From a virus, in IMG/VR virus record IMGVR_UViG_3300017963_000257, positions 9,681-73,680 of that record: DNA of 64,000 nt. One strand, written 5' to 3'. Every line of letters begins with the position of its first letter. Position 1 is the stretch's first letter. This document shows positions 56,720-64,000 of the stretch, piece by piece. The position numbers and the translations under genes are program-made. Below the pieces are notes generated by a model that was not told the origin of the DNA, did no database searches, and saw only the letters and a list, made by a program, of their open reading frames with translations.

Positions 56720-56941
56720 TCAAAAAAGCGTCACCCGGTATGGTTTCCACCCCTGTTTCTCAGCGTATTTCTTTAGGGCTATTTCAGCTTCCGGCTTGCT
56801 CGGGTAAAACTTGGGGATGGTCCGCGGTTTCAATCGCTGACCCCTTTGGTTTAGCTTATTCTTCCGATAGAAGGTCCAGTTTCCATATGGGCCTTTGTCC
56901 ACTACGATTATTCGGTTTTCTTTGTCTTGGTACATTTTCAA
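56720..56941 (-). CDS. Hypothetical basic protein
   Basis: Coupled ORF in operon. Confidence 0.5.
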   Translation of the reverse strand: MKMYQDKENRIIVVDKGPYGNWTFYRKNKLNQRGQRLKPRTIPKFYPSKPEAEIALKKYAEKQGWKPYRVTLF

Positions 56942-57243
56942 AAGAGCCTTTCCTGCCTTAGTTTTCGTGCATCTCCCTTCACTGCTTGCATATATCCAGC
57001 AGTTTGACTAACAGGTGTTGCCTTCCAGAACGGCCTCTCCCGGTGATCAGGATCGGCTTCCATACACGCCCTGCACGGCTGCCGTTTCCCGAAGTGCTTA
57101 CAGTCGATGCAGTAGCGTTTTTGCTCCTTCATGCTGGTTCTCAGCCTTTCGCACTCCGCGGGGTCATGCGTACATTTTCCATGGCATACCGACTCGTACA
57201 CCATTGTTTCTTTCAGTGGGCATAGGATTAGTTTATCGGTCAT
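56938..57243 (-). CDS. Cys-rich hypothetical protein
   Basis: CHGKC, CIDC, CRAC. Confidence 0.5.
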   Translation of the reverse strand: MTDKLILCPLKETMVYESVCHGKCTHDPAECERLRTSMKEQKRYCIDCKHFGKRQPCRACMEADPDHRERPFWKATPVSQTAGYMQAVKGDARKLRQERLF

Positions 57244-57550
57244 GACTTTTCTCCGCCTTGGCGATTGCAGCCTCAAGGATAGCCCTTGTGCAGGTCCCAT
57301 CACACGCTTCACCACAGTTGCACTCAGCTATATTTAGAGCGTCTTGGCAGGCATCATATAAATCCGGTGCGGCCGCAATAAGACGGGCGTTGGCGGTGTC
57401 TTCAGGGGTTGGCTTGCAAGCATCGGCTCCCTCGACCGAACAGATAAGCTCGAATTCATTAGAATCCAGTTTCCTCCCTGAGATATCGTAATGACGGTAA
57501 TCATCAAGTCCCTCGTACATATTCCATGGCCCCGGTGTAAATTTAGGCAT
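57233..57550 (-). CDS. Conserved phage hypothetical protein
   Basis: FTPGPW...ANARLIAAAPDLY. Confidence 0.7.
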   Translation of the reverse strand: MPKFTPGPWNMYEGLDDYRHYDISGRKLDSNEFELICSVEGADACKPTPEDTANARLIAAAPDLYDACQDALNIAECNCGEACDGTCTRAILEAAIAKAEKSHDR

Positions 57551-57902
57551 TCTGTTTTTCCTCCCATTCGGCAATCGTAAATGAATGTTGTAGCAATTTG
57601 GCCATGACTTTTTCTCTTTCGATTCTATTTCTCAGATCAAAAGCCGCTCTCTTTTTAAGCTCGGGCGGAAGAGAGGCAAAGTCGTATTGCTTGCCGTCCT
57701 TAAAGGCTCGGGCTTTTATACAGCACCCATCACCCACAGATACATACACGCCTGCAAGGGTGCATCCGGCCTGGGTGCCATTGAAGTAAAGGGCCGGGCA
57801 GGTACGGCCATATTTCTCTATCTTGTGTATTTCTTGACCGGTCGGACAGGTTTCACTTAGGCAGCAAAACCCGCATCGACAGCATGGGTTTGGATATTTC
57901 AT
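57543..57902 (-). CDS. CxxCxxCC (YkgJ-like) Cys-cluster protein
   Basis: CCRCGFCC...C...CPAL...C. Confidence 0.55.
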   Translation of the reverse strand: MKYPNPCCRCGFCCLSETCPTGQEIHKIEKYGRTCPALYFNGTQAGCTLAGVYVSVGDGCCIKARAFKDGKQYDFASLPPELKKRAAFDLRNRIEREKVMAKLLQHSFTIAEWEEKQNA

Positions 57903-58264
57903 GGCCACCTCACCTCCTGCACAGGTCATTCCACTTTTCGACCGGGCATGGCATGTTGTTGATAGTGCTGATTGTCAGGTGCATGTCGATTCGATCCCTC
58001 AGATCAAAATTTCTTTTCTTGGGATCATACACCGTGCCATTCTCAGGATTCCGTTTGATCGGCAGTGCTTCCACCTTTGATTTCTGCATCATCCTCTCCT
58101 TTCTTTCGTCTTACTCTGGTCCTGTAGCTGAAAACGTCTTTCCGACGTTTCCCGATCATGTCCTCTGTGATCGGGAACCATAAGCCCCACCGATGATGAG
58201 ATTCATCCCCCGCACGCATTACATCAAACAATGATAGGTAAATATATCTTGACTTTGCGCCCAT

Positions 58265-59182
58265 CTACGCCGCCTTTCTGACCACCCTCTTCGTGGTCCC
58301 GTCACTCGACAGGCCGGACAGGTTACCGATGCTCGCGGCCATGTCCTTCATGGTATCTGCGAAATCCTGCGCAAAATCCCAGTTGGTTCGAATGTCCGCA
58401 GCGTCGGTGCTTTCCAGTTCTGCACGTACTCTCAAGACCTCCGCCCTCACATCGTCCAGGTCAAAGATGTCGGCAATGTTCAGGTAATCGTCAACGATCC
58501 TCTTGGGTCTCCCCAAAGATGCAGCGGTAATCTTATCCCCAGCCTTGACCTTGTCTGCGATCTCGTTTACCGCATCAATCATGGCGACCTTGGCTTCCAA
58601 AAGAATGCCATCCTTGTATTCCTCGTAGCTCTCCTTCAGCCTTTCCTGAAATTCCCGCTTGGCCCTGACCAGTTCTTCAGGGTCGGCCTCGGATACTTCG
58701 GCCCCATGGATTTCGCATACATGGTACTTGACGGAAAACCTGCTCCTGATTTTATCAGTGGAGGGCCATTCAGCGTCAGCCAAAAGCGGGTATTTCTGGA
58801 TCATTTCTTCCTGGATGGACGGCAGGTTGTCGATCAGGTCATCCACGATAGCATCCTGGTTGTCCTGGATCTTATCGATTCCTTCCTTGGCCAGAAGGAA
58901 ATGGTTGTTGGGTATCCACCAGGCGCCCCGAATGAAGAACCTCTTTCCCAGGCTTGACATGAGGGAAGTGATCTGGGCGGCCGGCCTCAACAGTTTGAGT
59001 CTGATTTCTTCGGGCACGATTTTCTTGCGGCCCAGCTCGATGATGTCTAAGATATCCTCCGGATCTTTGCCCAGGTCCTTTGCGGTCAGTCGATCCTTAC
59101 CGGACCAACCGCTAACGGACGTGATCCAGACGGTCCCGTTTCCATAGATTTGCGCTTGCGCGTTGTGGTTGTTGTCAGTCAT
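58265..59182 (-). CDS. Hypothetical protein (DUF3150-like)
   Basis: WSGKDRLT..DL, LGRKKIVP, WPS.DKIRSRF. Confidence 0.55.
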   Translation of the reverse strand: MTDNNHNAQAQIYGNGTVWITSVSGWSGKDRLTAKDLGKDPEDILDIIELGRKKIVPEEIRLKLLRPAAQITSLMSSLGKRFFIRGAWWIPNNHFLLAKEGIDKIQDNQDAIVDDLIDNLPSIQEEMIQKYPLLADAEWPSTDKIRSRFSVKYHVCEIHGAEVSEADPEELVRAKREFQERLKESYEEYKDGILLEAKVAMIDAVNEIADKVKAGDKITAASLGRPKRIVDDYLNIADIFDLDDVRAEVLRVRAELESTDAADIRTNWDFAQDFADTMKDMAASIGNLSGLSSDGTTKRVVRKAA

Positions 59183-59345
59183 AAGTGCTCCTTTCTTTAC
59201 CAGCCCAACTGATCCCATTGAGCGTATTCTGAGTCTCTGGCAGGCTTGCATTCCTCCCAGGTTTGTTGTGTGTATTGCGCATACCACGTGGGGGAGTCCA
59301 CCTGGTGGATGCGCATCAAATTTCTTAGCCAAAGTTCAAACATCA

Positions 59346-59540
59346 TTACCACCTCCTAACAAGGTTTCCGTCTTCATCAAAAGTGTGTCCTTGGTCAAGT
59401 TTTGCGATAATTTCTGTAAGTTTTTCATACAAAGGGGAGTAGTAGTTCGTGCAACTTTGCCTGCGATCTCTTAGGAATCCAGCTATAAGCTCACGATCAC
59501 TCTCTTGTTTTAAATCTATCATCGTCCACCTACGCATCAC
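59346..59540 (-). CDS. Hypothetical protein
   Basis: Coupled ORF. Confidence 0.45.
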   Translation of the reverse strand: MMRRWTMIDLKQESDRELIAGFLRDRRQSCTNYYSPLYEKLTEIIAKLDQGHTFDEDGNLVRRW

Positions 59541-60025
59541 CAGTCACCCCCTCCGTCCCAGCTTTCCCCGCCGCCAAAGTCATCGTCATTGACGTACAGG
59601 ACCAGCTTTTTCGCGCCTTCCACGGATGCCGGAGCTTCTTCCCAGTTCCAGCCCTTCGCTTCAGCGTCCATGATGTCTGCCTGCTGCAGATACAACTGCC
59701 TGAACACCTCCCCTTGCTCTCCAAGGACTGCATTCAGGCCGCCCTCGTACCAGAAGTCACCAAGGATCTGATATTTTCCGCTGCCGGTTCTGCTTTTCAC
59801 GACCCCAAGCTCATAGTTACATCCGGGGATCCTGATTGCATACTCGCATTTCCCGTAGTCTTCCGGACTGAACCCCTCTGGTATCGCGGAGTCGCCCATG
59901 AACTGGCCATACCAACGAAAGTTCTTTTTGTCTAAGAACGGCCAGCCTTGTCTCTGGCATAATGCCTGAATGACCGGAAGCTCAAACTCTATACCCTCAT
60001 TGCTTATGTTGCTGATGTGTGACAC
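59537..60025 (-). CDS. DUF1257 (Ycf35-like) protein
   Basis: SHIS.I, YELGVV, YQILGDFW, LRQ/QLY-type C-terminal helix. Confidence 0.65.
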   Translation of the reverse strand: MSHISNISNEGIEFELPVIQALCQRQGWPFLDKKNFRWYGQFMGDSAIPEGFSPEDYGKCEYAIRIPGCNYELGVVKSRTGSGKYQILGDFWYEGGLNAVLGEQGEVFRQLYLQQADIMDAEAKGWNWEEAPASVEGAKKLVLYVNDDDFGGGESWDGGGDW

Positions 60026-60276
60026 TATTCGCACCTCCATTTATCAATGGCTTTTTCAACCGCTTCAAGGTCGTTTATCGCCCGAATGAGAAGCCTATGG
60101 GCTTCATCGAAGATCTCATCTTTATCTTCGATGTGATCCCAATCGATACCTTCATCGAGTTCAATCCGAACAAATTCAGCCAGACCATCCCCGACCTTTT
60201 CTTCTTTATCGGACGGAAAAAAATCTCCTGGCCATCCTTCGGTAATTGCTTCAAAGAAACTTTCTTTCAGTTCCAT
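60025..60276 (-). CDS. Acidic hypothetical protein
   Basis: SD GGAGG. Confidence 0.5.
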   Translation of the reverse strand: MELKESFFEAITEGWPGDFFPSDKEEKVGDGLAEFVRIELDEGIDWDHIEDKDEIFDEAHRLLIRAINDLEAVEKAIDKWRCE

Positions 60277-60309
60277 GACGTTATTCCTCCAACTTTATCC
60301 CACATAAAG

Positions 60310-60567
60310 TTATTGCCTATTCGCTGCATCTCTTAGCTGCCCAATGAAAGATTCAACCTTATCGCTGGGAATTTCCATATAACATTGTTGACTTTCCTTT
60401 CCCATAGAAGTGATAGGGCGAATCCTGACCACGTCTACCGCGAAAGGCACATTCTTTTTTGGCCGTGAAAATGTAAAACCTCTGCATTTTATGAAATGCG
60501 CCCCTGCCCCCGCTTCTGGGCAGTTGTACCAATCGTCCTTTTGGCCTTGATAACTAAAAGAAGTCAT
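60310..60567 (-). CDS. Hypothetical protein
   Basis: Coupled ORF. Confidence 0.45.
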   Translation of the reverse strand: MTSFSYQGQKDDWYNCPEAGAGAHFIKCRGFTFSRPKKNVPFAVDVVRIRPITSMGKESQQCYMEIPSDKVESFIGQLRDAANRQ

Positions 60568-60881
60568 TTCTCACCCCCTTCTTCCAGGAAGGATATTGGA
60601 AGCCTGTTTAATATACCGCAAAGCCATTCCGCATCTTCGTGGTTATTACACTTGAATGTCTTGCTCCCATCGCTTACTTCCCACCATTCCCAGAAACCGC
60701 CATCGAAGGTAACATTGTTTTCATACTCTATTTGCCACATTGGGTATCTTTTTTTCATAATTTCAGCCCAATCAGTATTTCTCCCGCATCTCTTACATTT
60801 GGGCCAAGAAGTAATATAATAGTAATCTATGTTTTCTTGACCACAGTGTGGGCATTTCCAGTGAAATTCGCGTTTTTGCAT
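60564..60881 (-). CDS. Zinc-ribbon hypothetical protein
   Basis: CPHC...CKRC. Confidence 0.5.
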   Translation of the reverse strand: MQKREFHWKCPHCGQENIDYYYITSWPKCKRCGRNTDWAEIMKKRYPMWQIEYENNVTFDGGFWEWWEVSDGSKTFKCNNHEDAEWLCGILNRLPISFLEEGGEK

Positions 60882-60896
60882 GTGATTTTAACCCCC

Positions 60897-61088
60897 CTAC
60901 CCACACAGCTTGCTCGTATCAACAAGCTCGCCGTTCTCGTAGAATTCCGGCTTGTGCGTAATCTGCTTCACCACACCATGCCGGGCCTCAATCTCCTTGG
61001 TCAACTTGAGGCATTCCTGGCCTTCCGCCCCGAACACCTCGACCTTTGATGTCCCGTCTGGGAAATACTCAATCTCGATTCTCTTCAT
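60897..61088 (-). CDS. DUF2997-like small protein
   Basis: IEIEYFPDGTSKVEVFGAEGQECLKLTKEIE...KPEFY. Confidence 0.7.
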   Translation of the reverse strand: MKRIEIEYFPDGTSKVEVFGAEGQECLKLTKEIEARHGVVKQITHKPEFYENGELVDTSKLCG

Positions 61089-61489
61089 TTTTTCCTCCTG
61101 AAAATTACAACGGCATTTCCAAATCGTGGTCTACCAGTCTTCCCGTTTTTGTCCTTAAACCAAATACGCCCTCGAATATAGCGGATTTCCCCCCTCAAGC
61201 AGTAGTCATGCCACCATGAGGTTTCTGTTCGTGCAGGGAGGAGGCATACTACCGTCGAACCATTTTGAGAAGATTCCCATGCCTTTACAACCCAGGTTGC
61301 AATTTCTTTCCCAAATGGTGGATTCATCCAACAGGCTCCAGACCATTCCTGTTTAAGCCCATCTTGCTCGGGCGTGAAGAACCGGATACATTTTGCATTC
61401 CAAGGTTCCGCACACACGTCGAGTTCAAAATGAAACTCTTTATCCAATGGGTCGAATATTTCCATGGGCGTTGACCAGTTATCGCTCAT
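61085..61489 (-). CDS. dam: Phage DNA N6-adenine methyltransferase (Dam, T1/lambdoid type)
   Basis: WSTP, FELDVCA, DGLKQEW, WMNPPFG, LLPARTETSWWH. Confidence 0.88.
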   Translation of the reverse strand: MSDNWSTPMEIFDPLDKEFHFELDVCAEPWNAKCIRFFTPEQDGLKQEWSGACWMNPPFGKEIATWVVKAWESSQNGSTVVCLLPARTETSWWHDYCLRGEIRYIRGRIWFKDKNGKTGRPRFGNAVVIFRRKK

Positions 61490-62982
61490 GCCGCCTTCCT
61501 CACTTTCCGTGTTGACCATCCGGGCTTCTCGACCTTTTCTTTCTTGTTGGCCCAGATGCAAACACCTTCAGCTTTCTGTCGGATTCTCTCCAGTTCATTT
61601 CCATGGGCCTTGCCATAGGGGATGATGTATTGTGAGGCATGTTCAGCATCACACTCCATCATAGCCATGGTTTCAGCCAGGGATGCTATGTCCCGTCCGG
61701 TGTACCCTTCAAAGTCAAAATCTTCAGGGATCTCCACTCCTTCTTTCTTGCTCCATATCTGGGCAATCCCCTGGGCCTGTTTCTCATTGGGAATGTCAAT
61801 GAAAAACTTACCCCCAAACCGGGACATGATAGCACCCCCGGATTCATGAATCAGGGGATCCAGATCGTTGCTCGTGGCCATCCAGTAGATTCCCAAACCA
61901 TGGGAGTCCTCCATTTCCCTGAGAAGTTCTTTATACAGGGTTATGCCGGTACCGCTGTCTCCCCCGGTGGATATCCCAACTGCAATGGCTTCAATTTCAT
62001 CCATGAACACCACTGACTTGCCGACCGCCCGAATAATCTTAAAAGCGGTTCTGAGTCTGCTGTGGCCTACGCCTTGGTATTTATCCTTGGCCAGGCGCAG
62101 GATGAAGCATGGCAGGCCAAACTCGTTGGCCGTGGCTTTTGCGATATGGCTCTTGGCGGTACCTGGGGCCCCTGTCATGAGGACCCCCCGGGCTTTGGGT
62201 TTCCCGATCGTGGCACGGATATAGCTCTTCAACTCTTCCGCACCATAAACCTCGTCAAAAGTTTCCTTGAAGTGACCATACTCAAGGGTTTCACTCGTTT
62301 TGATTTGCGCAGCCTTTTCCTTCAGGATCATTTTGACATCGAATTTCCCAGCCTTGGTCAAGACCAGGGCTAGGATATTCTCAGCCTCTTCCCATGTCAG
62401 GCCCCGCATGGCGTTCACGACCTTATCGGTATCCTTTGGCATCTTTTCCCCGTTATCCTCCACCATTTTCTCAAGGATTCGGGTCAGTGCTGCATCATCC
62501 GGATACGGATAGTCATAAACGGTAATGTCGTTGGCCAGCTCGGGAGGTATCTTATCCTCCGCTGACAGGAAGCAGATGGTCTTTGCTTGAAGTTTCAGGT
62601 CTGACTTAATGTTCAGGGCCGCTCGGCAGATTCCGATTTTCTCAAAAAACTTGTGAAAATCTTTCATGAAGATCATAGCGCCGGCTGGCTGATCCGTTCC
62701 TTCCTCAATGTTTACCGGCAAGAACTTCACCGCATCGATTGCAAGCTTTGGATCATCGATAGGCCCCTTTGGCCCCTTGAAGTTTGGGATTTCTGGCATG
62801 GGCCTCCATACCCATGCGCCCCCGCCGTTGCGGACAAGGGCTTGAAACCCGGCCGCGATGTCCCAGGAATAGAACTGAACATTTTCGTCCTCGAACGCCG
62901 CGCGGGTTTCCCGTATTACCCGTTCCTCTTCCGTTGTGGTAGCCCACAGGAAGGGGAAACGAGCATCATGGTGAAAACGCAT
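61486..62982 (-). CDS. AAA+ ATPase (Ycf46-like)
   Basis: Degenerate N-terminal AAA (MKDFH, IPPELA, GLT..EAEN); Walker A GAPGTAKS, Walker B FMDEIE. Confidence 0.8.
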   Translation of the reverse strand: MRFHHDARFPFLWATTTEEERVIRETRAAFEDENVQFYSWDIAAGFQALVRNGGGAWVWRPMPEIPNFKGPKGPIDDPKLAIDAVKFLPVNIEEGTDQPAGAMIFMKDFHKFFEKIGICRAALNIKSDLKLQAKTICFLSAEDKIPPELANDITVYDYPYPDDAALTRILEKMVEDNGEKMPKDTDKVVNAMRGLTWEEAENILALVLTKAGKFDVKMILKEKAAQIKTSETLEYGHFKETFDEVYGAEELKSYIRATIGKPKARGVLMTGAPGTAKSHIAKATANEFGLPCFILRLAKDKYQGVGHSRLRTAFKIIRAVGKSVVFMDEIEAIAVGISTGGDSGTGITLYKELLREMEDSHGLGIYWMATSNDLDPLIHESGGAIMSRFGGKFFIDIPNEKQAQGIAQIWSKKEGVEIPEDFDFEGYTGRDIASLAETMAMMECDAEHASQYIIPYGKAHGNELERIRQKAEGVCIWANKKEKVEKPGWSTRKVRKAA

Positions 62983-63151
62983 CGGTTTTACCCCCCTTCT
63001 TTTTGGATTTTTGAGGTACAATGATTTGAGCTTGGCCTAATCCAACAACGTAGTGGATTCCATTCTCTTTCATAAACCTCTCTAACTCATCCATCATTTC
63101 TCGCATTTTAATTTGAACATGCTTTGGTACAAGCATTTTTGGCATTGGCAT
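62966..63151 (-). CDS. Hypothetical protein
   Basis: SD AAGGAGG. Confidence 0.45.
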   Translation of the reverse strand: MPMPKMLVPKHVQIKMREMMDELERFMKENGIHYVVGLGQAQIIVPQKSKKKGGKTDAFSP

Positions 63152-63174
63152 CTAACAACCCTCCTTTCTGAAAT

Positions 63175-63274
63175 TGGTGGCGGGAGCAGGATTCGATACC
63201 TGCAAATTCTACACGCGCTGGAACCTTACCGTTCGCGACTCAGGCAAGGTGTGTCTACCTTCCACCATCCCGCC
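63175..63274 (-). ncRNA. Atypical class II tRNA-like RNA (Leu-type body, expanded anticodon arm)
   Basis: GGCGGGA/TCCCGCC-A-CCA acceptor, GTGGAAGGTAGACAC D-arm, GCAGG-TATCGAAT-CCTGC T-arm. Confidence 0.65.
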
Positions 63275-63371
63275 TCTTAATCACTCCATCCTGCCCACCT
63301 GACAAGCGAGCTGCTGCTTCCCCTTGCCCTTACAAGGAAGGAAACAACTTGCAGATGAGCAGGTGTAGGGA

Positions 63372-63587
63372 TTAAGCACCCTCGAAAAATCCAGATGAAT
63401 ATGCCCATATAGTGGGAACACATCTTAATCGGCCATCTTTATGGATATCCAAGCCGAATATCCCATCCTCATCGCCACGAGCAGCTTTATGGTCTCTTGC
63501 TACCCGATCACGCTCGTCATCCGTTGGAAACGGGCCTATTGCGTCTGGTTCCAGGTCATTTTCAACGATAATCAACCATCTCTCCAT
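63372..63587 (-). CDS. Hypothetical protein
   Basis: SD AGGAG. Confidence 0.5.
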   Translation of the reverse strand: MERWLIIVENDLEPDAIGPFPTDDERDRVARDHKAARGDEDGIFGLDIHKDGRLRCVPTIWAYSSGFFEGA

Positions 63588-63596
63588 GATACTCTC

Positions 63597-63989
63597 CTAT
63601 GACCAGAACAGATGTGACGCCCCAACCTCACCAGCCCGGGCCATAATTTCATTCACCCGTACCAAGTCGTCCTTGGTTCCCGTATATTCGGCGGCCAGGC
63701 GGTCAATGATCAGCTGTTCCAGTTTGGAATCATACCGGGGAGTCACCAGGGACGCCCCGAAGTTGTAGACCATGCCCTTCTCATACTTCCGGACGATGAC
63801 GTCGGCATCCCCATTGTATGGGTTTATCTGCCATAGCCACGCTTCCCCCTTTTCCCTGAGGACCGCGCGAACAATAGCTCGGCTGATCTTGTTGTGGTTG
63901 TGGTTGAACTCGCTTGCCCAGCCATACTCTCTGACATCACTGGTGAGTTCACTGAATTGCAGCTTCCGAAGGTCTTTCAGCGATTTCAT
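63597..63989 (-). CDS. Hypothetical protein
   Basis: SD GGAGG. Confidence 0.55.
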   Translation of the reverse strand: MKSLKDLRKLQFSELTSDVREYGWASEFNHNHNKISRAIVRAVLREKGEAWLWQINPYNGDADVIVRKYEKGMVYNFGASLVTPRYDSKLEQLIIDRLAAEYTGTKDDLVRVNEIMARAGEVGASHLFWS

Positions 63990-64000
63990 GTTTATCCTCC

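Noticed and set aside
45414-64000. Prophage boundary with host DNA right of the tRNA fragment
   Set aside because: Genes to the right (HNH, O-like initiator, RuvC-like, dam) are phage-type; no housekeeping genes are seen.

Overview
The whole window is a temperate tailed-phage (siphovirus-like) genome segment. No host genes are visible and an attP-like tRNA-Val 3' fragment sits beside the integrase with phage genes on both sides, which suggests the free or excised form. From 1 to 39.6 kb the + strand carries the late region: portal C-terminus, protease/scaffold, decoration protein, major capsid, signal-peptide-bearing fibre/LamG proteins and head-tail proteins. It continues with a ~14 kb glycan synthesis and modification cluster, then tail genes with a -1 frameshift chaperone, tape measure, tail tip/fibre, and small lysis-type genes including a PLA2-motif protein. 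From 39.6 to 50 kb lie a RecT/exonuclease operon, a CI/Cro switch, integrase-attP, an HNH nuclease, a radical SAM enzyme, a lambda-O-like initiator with iterons, a broken DEDDh nuclease and a RuvC-like resolvase. From 51 to 64 kb is a leftward early/accessory region with a second tyrosine recombinase, exported proteins, methyltransferases, an AAA ATPase module and an atypical tRNA-like RNA. The standout is at 50060-51121: a solo Cas7/RAMP-like gene directly followed by a ~420-nt non-CRISPR array of 5-nt NNNGY units punctuated about every 26 nt by an NNYGGY hexamer. This is a candidate phage RNA-guided system with a periodic, non-contiguous guide. All calls come from motif reading by eye; no searches were run.
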